The notes under the pieces were generated by a model, which was given only the letters and a program-made list of their open reading frames with translations, was not told where the DNA came from and made no database searches. Shown here in pieces: positions 1 through 9,338 of a DNA stretch of 27,706 nt. Source of the DNA: Chitinophagaceae bacterium (lineage in GTDB: Bacteria; Bacteroidota; Bacteroidia; Chitinophagales; Chitinophagaceae); the NCBI GenBank assembly GCA_017989935.1, contig JAGNOY010000002.1:1-27706 (forward strand), given 5' to 3'. Position 1 is the stretch's first letter, and every line of letters begins with the position of its first letter. The translations under genes were made by a program, and so were the position numbers.

Positions 1-105
1 GAGGCAGCTAAAAATATTGAAATCGAAGACAAGTTATCTATGCTGTTTAAGCAAAGAAGAATGTTGTTATCAAATAAGTCTCGTTTGAACAAGTTTGGGC
101 AATAA
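1..105 (+). CDS. 3' end of an unidentified CDS running in from the left edge (EAAKNIEIEDKLSMLFKQRRMLLSNKSRLNKFGQ*)
   Basis: Frame +1 is open from base 1 to TAA at 103-105; no recognisable motif. Confidence 0.35.
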   Translation, partial: EAAKNIEIEDKLSMLFKQRRMLLSNKSRLNKFGQ

Positions 106-314
106 ATTTAGACTATTTCAAATTTCACTTCTGCATAGAAGTGTCGCAGATGAAATTACTGCTATCATTAGGGTCTAATTTGTTGAAATTTCAAAAAGAA
201 AATAATTGAAAAGGGGAAACAAATCCTACTTGTATATAGAAGAGTCATATATTCAAATAAAAGCAACACAATTGTAAATTACACAAAATCTCATCTGCTC
301 TAAATATGTAGCCT

Positions 315-348
315 AAAAACAAAGCAGCCCCGAAAAATCGAGGCTGCT
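315..348 (-). terminator. Rho-independent terminator of the giant T9SS gene
   Basis: Minus strand reads AGCAGCCTCGA-TTTT-TCGGGGCTGCT (11-bp stem, one G-U pair) then TTGTTTTT, 22 nt past the stop codon. Confidence 0.8.
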
Positions 349-370
349 ATTCATATTGTAAAAGAGAATA

Positions 371-3300
371 TTAATTCTTCTTAACCTTGCTCACACTTAC
401 TAACTTATCATTTTCATAAATTTGAACGAAGTATAAACCAGAAGCGATTTCATCTAAATTCACTTCAAAGTGATTCGCACCTTGAACTGATTTTAATTGT
501 ACTTGCTTCAAAGTTCTTCCACTCATATCTACAATATTGATATTAGTGTTTTGTGCCTTCGCGGCAAACAAATCAATTTGCAAATTGTGTTGAATTGGAT
601 TAGGATATAAAGTCACAACAGTGCCATTTGAACTCCACATTAAGTCAATCACCTGACTATTTAATGAAGCTTTTCCATCAAGATCTACTTGCTCTAATCT
701 ATAATAGTTGTGACCCGCTGCAGGACTAGTATGATTGAAAGTATAATCTAATACCTGCTGACTTAATCCATTCACTGATTTTGAGTTGATTCGACCAATT
801 GTCGTAAATTGATTTCCATCAGTGCTATATTGAAGATTGAAATAAGCGCAATTTTGTTCGCTTGAAGTAGTCCAATCTAAAATATTACTTGAAGCTGATT
901 TTTTACCTTCAAAATTGGTGATTACAGCAGGCAAAGGCACATTATTAGGATTCTCTGCATGGAAATGGAATTGACTCAAACTAGTTACAGAAACATTTAT
1001 TTCCCAATAACTTGTCGCAGCATTCCAAACTACATTATTTGGTGTAATAACTACCGGATTAATTCCTAAACCAGCATTATCATTTTTAGTTACACGTAAT
1101 CGAGCAATACCTGCAGCATCACTTGGACCAGTTGGAAGTAAAGGCCAACCATTTGAAGTTGCGTACACATTGTAGGTATCAAAATCTGCTTGAGTTAAAT
1201 AAAAGATGATTCCAGTACCTGTGTTTGTAGTAGGTTCAATTTGAAACCATCTTTCCAAGTAAGGTTGTCCATTGTGCGTATTAACGTTATTATCAACATT
1301 CACTGTAACAGTAGTCAAGCCAAGTGCAGCAGTACTATTAATGCTAGCAATTAAATTACAGCTACCAGAGTAATAACTAATAAAGCTATTAGCAATTTGA
1401 TCATCTGTATCAGAATTTAATCCAGCAACAGAAGATGTATTGCCCGAAGTTGCATTACTTAGATCAGGACTTGCTGCATTTACGCCAACCAACACAGAAG
1501 CTATACCAGTACAAGTGTTAGCATCTGTTCCGGTAACAGTATAAAAATTATTGGCAGTCACTACTTTAGGCAAACCATCGGTTACTCCATTATCCCATGT
1601 ATAACTTGCTCCAATACCTGCACCACCTCCAGTGAATATCACTGTTGTATTTTCACAGGTACTTGATAAACTAGCACTAGCAGTCACTGTTGGGATTGGA
1701 TTTATATTGATGGTGATTGAAGTTGTATTTGAACAAGTATTTGCATCTGTTCCTGTTACAGTATATGTTTCTGTTGGACCAGCACTCAACATCGTGAAAG
1801 GTGTTGCATCAACTACTGAACCACTCCATACATATCCACCACCTAATCCAGCACCACCACCAGTTAAGGTAAGTTGTGCATTTTGGCAAACTGTTGCTGA
1901 TGAAGGTGTTGCAGTAATTAAAGGTAAGTCATTTACATTAACTACCGCTGTTGCAGTGTTTGAACAAGTATTCGCATCAGTACCAGTCACAGTGTATGTT
2001 GTTTGACCAAGCACAACTGTTGTGAAAGGAGTATTGTCTGTAATACCACCACTCCAAGTATAAGAACCTGGTAATCCACCGCCACCTGCTAAGGTCGCAT
2101 CTTTACCAATACAAGCTTCACTCATTGATGGTGTTGCAGTAATAATTGGCAAATCATTGACAGTTACCACTACGGTAGCTGTATTACTACAAGTAGTGTT
2201 TAAATCCGTTCCTGTTACTGTATATGTAGTTGGCCCAAGAATAGTTGCTGTGAAAGGCGTATTATCTGTTATTCCACCACTCCATACATAAGAAGCATTA
2301 CTTCCTGCACCATCACCAGCCAAAGTAACTTGACTATTTATGCAAGCTGAAGCAGCACTAGGTGTTGAAGTTACTGCAGGCAATGCATTTGCAGTTACAG
2401 TAACTGGTGTCCTAACTAAATTTACACAACCTGAGGTAGTTACAGTAAATTCAGCATAATATAAGTTAGCACCCGAAGTAGTTGGAGTTACATTAATAGG
2501 AGGTGCTCCTAAATTAGTTCCTCCAGATGGCAAAGTCCAATAGGTAACTGTACCTGTTTCTTGTCCAGGAGGCGCAGAGAAATTGGATACTGTTAATGTA
2601 GCTGGCTGAGAATCATCTTGAGTAAATGCCTCTAACGATATCACATCACCTGCTACTACAGGTATGGAGATTGTTCCACTTTGTGTGCCTGCACCAGCCC
2701 CTTGATTATAAGAAGGGAAGACTGTAACAGTTGCATTCTTTTTATATCTTGGTTGGTGAAAAACACCTACATCAGGATGGGTGAATGTCCAATTGAATGT
2801 AACAGTTCCACTACCTGTACATGTAAGGGTTCTTGTAAGACTTGTAACGCTATTATTTCCAAGGTTCGCAGTACTAGTTGTTAATTGAATGTTTGCAGGC
2901 GCTCCAGCAAAATTATTACTTCCACCGTTTCCTGCAAAAGTCCAAGAAGCAGGTGCATAAAACCCAGTGAATCCAGAAATATTGGAAGGTGGACAAATTG
3001 AAGCTACTGCAGCATCTAATTGAGCTGTTCCGCCAAGACAAAAAGCAGCAGGAGTGGCACTTACTGTACCTGTCATTACAGGATTCACAACAACCACTGC
3101 TGTTGCTGTGTTTGTGCATGTTCCATCAGAACCAGTAACAGTATAAGTTGTAGAAGTTGTTGCCGGAAAAGGTGTGGCATCAGGTACACTTGGGCTCCAA
3201 GTAAATGAAGTAGCTGTACCTCCACCTGTAAGAGTTACCGGATATCCTTCACAAACAGTTGTATTTAAAGGTGTTGCAGTTACTGTAGGAGGAGTAACAA

Positions 3301-6300
3301 CAGTTGCTGTAACTGCGGTTCTTCCACTGTAACAACCATTGGTTCCCTTTTCTGAGACATAAAATGTAGTTGTTGTTGTAATTGGTGTCAAGTAAGTAGT
3401 ATATCCAGGAGCTGATGATTCAGTTTGAATAACTACATTATCAACGGTAGTTCCGCTTGAAATGCCTCCAGATCTACTCTTGATAATATGTTTCCAAGTA
3501 GCGCGATTAGCGGATAAATAACCAGCAGGTAATTGCACATTATTAAAAATAGTCGTAGCACCTAATTTCAAAGTTGCTTTACCGAAATCATCAATAATCA
3601 ACGTAATATGATTTGTAGTACCTCTCCATGTTAAATTATTAGAATAAGCCAATACACCTGAGGTAACTGAAGTTTGTTCATTTGTTGTACAGTTATACAT
3701 TAAATAAATTCCTTCCAAACCTGCTCCATACTCAACAAAAGCAACTTTCAACTTAGTACCAGTGCCATTTTCAGCATTCATTCCAGCTTCAGCCGTTGAA
3801 ACACCATCATCACTAAAGCTATAACTCAATCCATCTGCCATATTGGTTGGCGTTCCAATGGTAGTCAAATCAAAATCAACTTGATAACGACTTGAATTTA
3901 TTCCACTAGCATTCACAGTAAAAGCGCCATATTGACTTACTGCATTTGGGTGTAGTTTAAGATCACCACCAGAAATAGTTGCATTTCCTGTGATTGATGA
4001 ATTTGTCAATGTTGCAGAACTAAAATCATTGCTGTAATAAGTTTGCATAGTAGGCCCTTGTAATAAGTTACCTGCTGATGCTGCACTATACCAATAATAT
4101 TGACCGCTACCTACCCCGGTTGTTGCAACAGAAACTGTTGGAATTCCAGGTCCGCATTGTGAAGTACTGATTGAACTTGGTGGGGTAATTGTATATGCCT
4201 GAACAGATACTTCTGCACTTGTTATAGAGCAAGGTCCACAATTTGAGCATGTTCTTTCAAGTACATAATAATAAGTTCCGTTAGTTAAAGCAGGAGTTGT
4301 ATAAACTGGTGTAGTTTCACCTGAACCGCCAACCACATTGGTATAAGGACCTCCTGAAACAGTTGAAGATTTCCACTGATAAGTAATACCAGTGATATTA
4401 AAATCATATCCTATCAATGATAAAGTAGAAGTAGTTCCTTCACAAACTGATGTAGGCGAGGCAGAAACTGTTCCTAAATTATTTGCACTTGAACAAATAA
4501 ATAATGAGATTGCATTTAAGGCATCAGCCCCCATATCAGTAGGTGTTAAACCTGAACGTAATTGTCCATCAATATCATCAGTGATTAAAGCAATCGGCGT
4601 TCCGGTTGATTCAATTGGAGAAGCGGGCACAGCATTGATATGCAAATCCACTGTTGATGCGTCACCAGTTGGGTTCATGTAATTCGGATCGTAGTTTTTA
4701 CTATTTCCATCACCAGCAATCCAATTTAATGTATATCCAGCTACGTCTGCCGCCAAATTCAAAGCAAAGACAGTGCCTGCTCCAGTTCCAAAATAATTAT
4801 TATAATTTAAATTAATGCCTGAATTATTAATCAATTGAAGTTGATAGTGCTTTCCACCGGTGGTTGCATTAGCTCGATTATTTACAAAAATATTATTTCT
4901 AATATCGTCATTACCAGTGCTTGTTTTAATAAACGCACCTGAATTTTTTACAGTTGTTCCTACCCCTGTTCCACCGATATACAAACTATTAAAGTAAAAA
5001 TTATTTACAAGCGTGCTTGTTTTGTTAATTCCTCGAATAACCAAAGCTGTTGAAATACTATTTCCTGCGCCATCAATTCCTAAGCGAATCATGTTATTCG
5101 CATAAGTTGCAGACCCGGCAAGTATTTCTATTCCATTGATAAATGCATTGGTATTAACTGCTGTTACACCTAAACTGTGAATAATATTTTTAGTAATTAA
5201 GTTATTTGTGATCGCAGAACTTGGTGTACCATTAAAAGTAATACCTGTTACTTGAAGTGCTAAAGTTGTTGATGTATTGGTTAAGCCTAAATTATAAATA
5301 CTATTTCCATTGATTGTGTAAGTTCCCGAAGAACCTGAAGTTCCAAGCGCAATGCCTATCAATGCTGCGGAAGCTCCTGTACTTCCATTTCCTGATGCAG
5401 TGGTGATATCTCTGATTATATTATTTGAGATATTGAATGCATTCGTGCCAGCTGAAAAAGTACCTATCATAGAAATTCCACGTGCCGTATTATTACCAGT
5501 AATCGCATCATTATTGCATTGCATATTTGCTATAGTGTTACCAGTAATATTTGTTGTTCCAAAAGCGCCTGTTACACTTAATAAGATACCATTGAAACGA
5601 GAAGTTCCACCACTAGTACTACCAGTAGTAGCATAAAAAATACTTTTTGGTGTATTTGCACTTCCTATCGTATTGTTGGTAATATTGATATTCCCGTTAT
5701 TCACAGCAATGGCACTAAAATCAACATTTGAAGTTACTGATCCAACTAATCGTATACCTGCAATGATATTATTCGTCACATTCAATGTTCCGCTGGAAGC
5801 AAATAATGGAATAAATCCTCCGGCACTTACTCCTGTATTTGTAAATGTGATTGCAGGGCTAACCGAAGCATCAGTATTAGCTACACCGATTAGGTTAGAG
5901 GTTGTTGTACCGATATCAACTGTACCTGCCGAAACAAACAAGCAAGAAAATGCTGCTGCAGACAAACTAGCACTTGTCATAGACATATTGGTAAATGTAT
6001 TACCTTGAACTTGTGTTGTTGTGCCTGTTCCAACTGCAATTACTGCTGAATTATATAAATGAGTCGTTGTTCCAGTCAAGGTATAAACTCCAGTTCCTGC
6101 ACTGCTATTTCCACCAAAAAAATTATTATTCACTGTGAATCCACTTCCAGAAGTATTTCCAGTAGGATTGTTGATATGCAAATCTCTGTTGGTTGCAGTC
6201 CCTGTAATAGTTCTAGCAAGAGTTTGATAAAATTTATTATTGCTAATAGTTGAAGCGTTTGTACCGGTACCAAAATATACCCCTGTATAACCTAAAGTTG

Positions 6301-7918
6301 CACTGAAATAATCGTAGATATCACAATTTGTAATACTTATATTATCGTTATTCAATGTAGCAGAACCAGTAGAGCCATTAATATTAAAGGCCACAGTCGG
6401 ATTCGCACCTGCTGCATTATGCACATTGCAATAACTAAAAGTATTATTATCGTTTCCAGTTATTCCAGTGGTTCCTCCGATATTTACGATACCAGCTCCT
6501 GCTGCTCCTGCGATACCAGCATTATTCGAAGTTAATTCGCAATAAGTAATTGTATTGTTTGTGGCATCGTTTGCCATCGTAACAGCAGGGGCACTTATGG
6601 TAGTATTTGAAATCAATAATTGACCAGTTGAACCGATTCCTCCAGGTCTACCATCTATTAATACATTAGAACCTCCGTTGAAATCTAACGTTGGAGTAGC
6701 TGCATTGTTCACGATACTTAAATTTGTGGCACTTAATTCAGGTCGGATTGTAATTGTTTTTACAGATGTTACACAAGCATTTGTAGGAAAAGTTATAGGG
6801 AATGTTTCTACTGTGCTTGCATAGGCTGCTTGTAATTCAAGTACAATTGGCCCGCCTAATCCATTATTCGAAATATCGGTCATTGCACTAGTCAAAGACG
6901 CATATGTTCCTGTTGGACCTACAGTAAAAGTACCCGTTAAAGCTGAGCAAGAATTAGTAGTAGCACTGCCGGTCAAAGGCGTTGTGGTATTATACTTCGG
7001 ACCACCTGCACATGATGTATTATTGTAGGTATACACATAATAATCGTATGTAGTCCCTCCAGTCAATCCAGTATTATTAAAAGAAGTACCCGTTCCATTG
7101 TAAACAACTGTTCCTAAGCCTAAACTTGCACCTGCTGTATAAGCAGTTGCATCTACTGGATTTGTTGTAGCTGCTAAATTTGGATATCTAACTACTAAGT
7201 AACCTGATGGTGTGCTTGCTGCTGCCGTATAAGAAACATTGATTTGAGAAGAAGACACAGGCGTTAGATTTAATGCAGTGGCTTGGTCTGCCGGCGTTGC
7301 ACAACTAACTGGCGGTATGACATCAATCCCGAAATCAGGCCATGAGGTGACAGTAGTTCCTAGTGTGGCTGCAAGCGTGGTTGCTGTAATACGTTTATTG
7401 TTGGGCGCTGCACCTGTGGTAGTTGTAAATACGGTAAATCCGCCAGCACTTTTAGAGGCGAATGAAATTTCAACTATAAGTCTTTGTGCAGGATCATATA
7501 AAAAATATGGCGAAGGTATATCTACATAAAACCAACCACCTGTTCCTCCTGAACCTGCAACTGCATTTGTGGTTAAGGTAACTGTTGGGGCAGAATATAC
7601 ATTAGTCAAGCCAGTGAAAAACAAAGTTCCAGAACTTGCAAAGCCTGTAGCACTTGTTTGACCTAAATTAATATTAAAATTTGTAAATGTAGCTGTTGAA
7701 GAAACAGCACTACTTCTGAAGTAAACTCTTGTGATATAACCTGCAGTGGCGCTTCCTAATTCTGCCGCAGTATACAAAGACTGCGATTTTAACACAGTTG
7801 TGCTATTAAATGGAATACCATTACTCGTTGTACCTCCACCTTTCAAGAATTGGGGTGTTTGCGCGTGGGCAAAAAAGGTAGCAAGTAAGAAAAAAAGGAA
7901 TAGTTTAAGTTTATTCAT
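371..7918 (-). CDS. 2515-aa T9SS-secreted multidomain surface/adhesin-like protein: signal peptide, N-terminal beta-sandwich, FN3, long right-handed beta-helix, Ig-like stalk with inserted L-type lectin and a second beta-sandwich, PLP-FN3-like domain, type A CTD
   Basis: Sec signal ending AHA-Q; FN3 motif (GLTGGTTYDYYVYTYN); Asn/Gly/Ile-rich beta-helix repeats ending in PTDMGAD; Cys-paired Ig repeats; CTD with LYPNP, IVDMSGR and SGLYFVQI ending KVKKN. Confidence 0.93.
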   Translation of the reverse strand: MNKLKLFLFFLLATFFAHAQTPQFLKGGGTTSNGIPFNSTTVLKSQSLYTAAELGSATAGYITRVYFRSSAVSSTATFTNFNINLGQTSATGFASSGTLFFTGLTNVYSAPTVTLTTNAVAGSGGTGGWFYVDIPSPYFLYDPAQRLIVEISFASKSAGGFTVFTTTTGAAPNNKRITATTLAATLGTTVTSWPDFGIDVIPPVSCATPADQATALNLTPVSSSQINVSYTAAASTPSGYLVVRYPNLAATTNPVDATAYTAGASLGLGTVVYNGTGTSFNNTGLTGGTTYDYYVYTYNNTSCAGGPKYNTTTPLTGSATTNSCSALTGTFTVGPTGTYASLTSAMTDISNNGLGGPIVLELQAAYASTVETFPITFPTNACVTSVKTITIRPELSATNLSIVNNAATPTLDFNGGSNVLIDGRPGGIGSTGQLLISNTTISAPAVTMANDATNNTITYCELTSNNAGIAGAAGAGIVNIGGTTGITGNDNNTFSYCNVHNAAGANPTVAFNINGSTGSATLNNDNISITNCDIYDYFSATLGYTGVYFGTGTNASTISNNKFYQTLARTITGTATNRDLHINNPTGNTSGSGFTVNNNFFGGNSSAGTGVYTLTGTTTHLYNSAVIAVGTGTTTQVQGNTFTNMSMTSASLSAAAFSCLFVSAGTVDIGTTTSNLIGVANTDASVSPAITFTNTGVSAGGFIPLFASSGTLNVTNNIIAGIRLVGSVTSNVDFSAIAVNNGNINITNNTIGSANTPKSIFYATTGSTSGGTSRFNGILLSVTGAFGTTNITGNTIANMQCNNDAITGNNTARGISMIGTFSAGTNAFNISNNIIRDITTASGNGSTGASAALIGIALGTSGSSGTYTINGNSIYNLGLTNTSTTLALQVTGITFNGTPSSAITNNLITKNIIHSLGVTAVNTNAFINGIEILAGSATYANNMIRLGIDGAGNSISTALVIRGINKTSTLVNNFYFNSLYIGGTGVGTTVKNSGAFIKTSTGNDDIRNNIFVNNRANATTGGKHYQLQLINNSGINLNYNNYFGTGAGTVFALNLAADVAGYTLNWIAGDGNSKNYDPNYMNPTGDASTVDLHINAVPASPIESTGTPIALITDDIDGQLRSGLTPTDMGADALNAISLFICSSANNLGTVSASPTSVCEGTTSTLSLIGYDFNITGITYQWKSSTVSGGPYTNVVGGSGETTPVYTTPALTNGTYYYVLERTCSNCGPCSITSAEVSVQAYTITPPSSISTSQCGPGIPTVSVATTGVGSGQYYWYSAASAGNLLQGPTMQTYYSNDFSSATLTNSSITGNATISGGDLKLHPNAVSQYGAFTVNASGINSSRYQVDFDLTTIGTPTNMADGLSYSFSDDGVSTAEAGMNAENGTGTKLKVAFVEYGAGLEGIYLMYNCTTNEQTSVTSGVLAYSNNLTWRGTTNHITLIIDDFGKATLKLGATTIFNNVQLPAGYLSANRATWKHIIKSRSGGISSGTTVDNVVIQTESSAPGYTTYLTPITTTTTFYVSEKGTNGCYSGRTAVTATVVTPPTVTATPLNTTVCEGYPVTLTGGGTATSFTWSPSVPDATPFPATTSTTYTVTGSDGTCTNTATAVVVVNPVMTGTVSATPAAFCLGGTAQLDAAVASICPPSNISGFTGFYAPASWTFAGNGGSNNFAGAPANIQLTTSTANLGNNSVTSLTRTLTCTGSGTVTFNWTFTHPDVGVFHQPRYKKNATVTVFPSYNQGAGAGTQSGTISIPVVAGDVISLEAFTQDDSQPATLTVSNFSAPPGQETGTVTYWTLPSGGTNLGAPPINVTPTTSGANLYYAEFTVTTSGCVNLVRTPVTVTANALPAVTSTPSAASACINSQVTLAGDGAGSNASYVWSGGITDNTPFTATILGPTTYTVTGTDLNTTCSNTATVVVTVNDLPIITATPSMSEACIGKDATLAGGGGLPGSYTWSGGITDNTPFTTVVLGQTTYTVTGTDANTCSNTATAVVNVNDLPLITATPSSATVCQNAQLTLTGGGAGLGGGYVWSGSVVDATPFTMLSAGPTETYTVTGTDANTCSNTTSITININPIPTVTASASLSSTCENTTVIFTGGGAGIGASYTWDNGVTDGLPKVVTANNFYTVTGTDANTCTGIASVLVGVNAASPDLSNATSGNTSSVAGLNSDTDDQIANSFISYYSGSCNLIASINSTAALGLTTVTVNVDNNVNTHNGQPYLERWFQIEPTTNTGTGIIFYLTQADFDTYNVYATSNGWPLLPTGPSDAAGIARLRVTKNDNAGLGINPVVITPNNVVWNAATSYWEINVSVTSLSQFHFHAENPNNVPLPAVITNFEGKKSASSNILDWTTSSEQNCAYFNLQYSTDGNQFTTIGRINSKSVNGLSQQVLDYTFNHTSPAAGHNYYRLEQVDLDGKASLNSQVIDLMWSSNGTVVTLYPNPIQHNLQIDLFAAKAQNTNINIVDMSGRTLKQVQLKSVQGANHFEVNLDEIASGLYFVQIYENDKLVSVSKVKKN
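1478..2377 (-). repeat. Four tandem ~75-aa Ig-like repeats (a fifth copy lies at ~3080-3286)
   Basis: Recurring T(A/S)TP..C....TL.G.G....Y.W.G...D.TPF......YTVTGTD.NTC.NT....VN.LP; DNA similarity also visible (acaagt..t.gcatc.gt.cc.gt.acagt). Confidence 0.85.
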
Positions 7919-8156
7919 AACAAATAAGATTTTTCGCCTCTGTTTAATATCGGTTTCGGCTTTACCGCATAACTAATTCAAGACGTGAAAGTAAGTTTTT
8001 TTTAATTTATCCCCAAAAAAATATTAAGCTACTGTTAAACTTCTTCATGGCCTTTAAAATCAATAAAATTGAGTTTAAATTTTCATACATAATGTGCTTA
8101 AAACCAACAACATTTTTATAAAAAGATTTAATCTTAGATTTCTACTTCAAACATTT

Positions 8157-8175
8157 TAACTTTGCATTTCAAAGT
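8157..8175 (+). promoter_or_regulatory. Bacteroidota -7 promoter element TAACTTTG overlapped by the inverted repeat ACTTTG-N5-CAAAGT (putative operator)
   Basis: TAnnTTTG at 8157-8164; ACTTTG at 8159-8164 and CAAAGT at 8170-8175, just upstream of the ATG at 8182. Confidence 0.65.
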
Positions 8176-8181
8176 AAACAT

Positions 8182-8832
8182 ATGTCTATGGATCATCAGC
8201 ACCCCTTAGATCAAATCAAAGAAATCAGAAAAATGATGGAGCATAGTAGTCGCTTCGTTAGCCTTAGTGGATGGAGCGGTATTTGTGCAGGACTCGCAGC
8301 CTTAGTGGGTGCTTGGCTAGCTCAGCTTCAGCTCCAACATCATAATATAGAACCGGCTTATCAAAGAACTGCTTACCCAGAAGATCTAAGAAATTCATTG
8401 CTAAGCATTGCTATCATCGTATTTGTTGTTGCCTTTATTGGTTCATTTTTGTTTACTTATGCAGAAAGTCGAAAAAAAGGCTTACCTATTTGGAGCGAAA
8501 CTTCCAAACGCCTTTTGTGGCATACCTTTTTGCCAATTGGTGTAGGAGGACTTCTCATTTTAAAAATGATAGCATTAGAACAATACCAATTGATTGCTGC
8601 TTCCTGTTTAATATTTTATGGTCTTGGACTTGTGAATGGCAGTAAATATACGCTTGGAGAAGTTCGGTTTTTAGGATATGGCCAAATTGGTGTTGGGTTA
8701 ATCGACCTACTTATTCCTGGTTATAGTCTTTATTTCTGGGCACTAGGCTTTGGAGTTTTACATATAGTTTATGGTGTATTTATGTGGTGGAAGTATGAAA
8801 AAATACAGCAAAAGTTTAATCAAACCACATGA
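8182..8832 (+). CDS. Conserved hypothetical integral membrane protein (about 6 TM segments)
   Basis: Several hydrophobic segments; SSRFVSLSGWSG motif; ATGA overlap with the downstream regulator. Confidence 0.8.
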   Translation: MSMDHQHPLDQIKEIRKMMEHSSRFVSLSGWSGICAGLAALVGAWLAQLQLQHHNIEPAYQRTAYPEDLRNSLLSIAIIVFVVAFIGSFLFTYAESRKKGLPIWSETSKRLLWHTFLPIGVGGLLILKMIALEQYQLIAASCLIFYGLGLVNGSKYTLGEVRFLGYGQIGVGLIDLLIPGYSLYFWALGFGVLHIVYGVFMWWKYEKIQQKFNQTT

Positions 8833-9131
8833 GCTCACCCATTCAATTATTAAATAAAGCTTTCGACAACAGAATTCGATTAGGCATCATGAGTGCCTTA
8901 TTGATGAATGAAGACGTGAATTTTAATTTTTTAAAAGAACTTCTTTCCATTACAGACGGTAATTTGGCTTCTCATTTAAAACCGCTTGAAGAACTTAATT
9001 ATATTCAAGTCAAAAAAGGATTTATTGGAAGAAAAACCAATACAACTTACAGCGTAACCCCTGAAGGAGAAAAGGCATTTAAAGAACATATTCAAGGACT
9101 GGAATTGGTGATTAAGCAACTTGGAAATTAA
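8829..9131 (+). CDS. Winged-helix DNA-binding transcriptional regulator (MarR/ArsR-like, HTH_34-type)
   Basis: RIRLGIMSAL, TDGNLASHLKPLEE and RKTNTTYSVTPEG motifs; 100 aa. Confidence 0.88.
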   Translation: MSSPIQLLNKAFDNRIRLGIMSALLMNEDVNFNFLKELLSITDGNLASHLKPLEELNYIQVKKGFIGRKTNTTYSVTPEGEKAFKEHIQGLELVIKQLGN

Positions 9132-9338
9132 AATTCAGATTTAAAAGTTCTTATGATTAACTTTAAAGACACCCGAATGCTTTTCCACTTTTGCCTTCAT
9201 GAATATTTTATCTTCTAAAATGTTATATAACTTGTTGGTATGAGACATAAGTCATTTGTGTTCATTTGTCGTAGTAAGGAAGTTTAAAGGATAGTCACCA
9301 AAGAACATAATTGTTGGTCGACAAACAAACGGTTATAC

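Noticed and set aside
1632-7976. Plus-strand ORFs antisense to the giant gene (1632-2006, 2681-2884, 3020-3208, 4392-4682, 5352-5636, 5673-6008, 6059-6253, 7278-7529, 7746-7976) and the alternate-frame ORF 2916-3119
   Set aside because: They are shadows of Thr/Gly/Ala-rich repetitive coding sequence and show no protein motifs.
9222-9337. TATAAC...GTTATA bracket with an inner TTTGTCG/CGACAAA pair, resembling an attC-like cassette site
   Set aside because: Pairing is sparse, there is no clear L-box or extrahelical-base pattern, and no integrase or cassette array is present.
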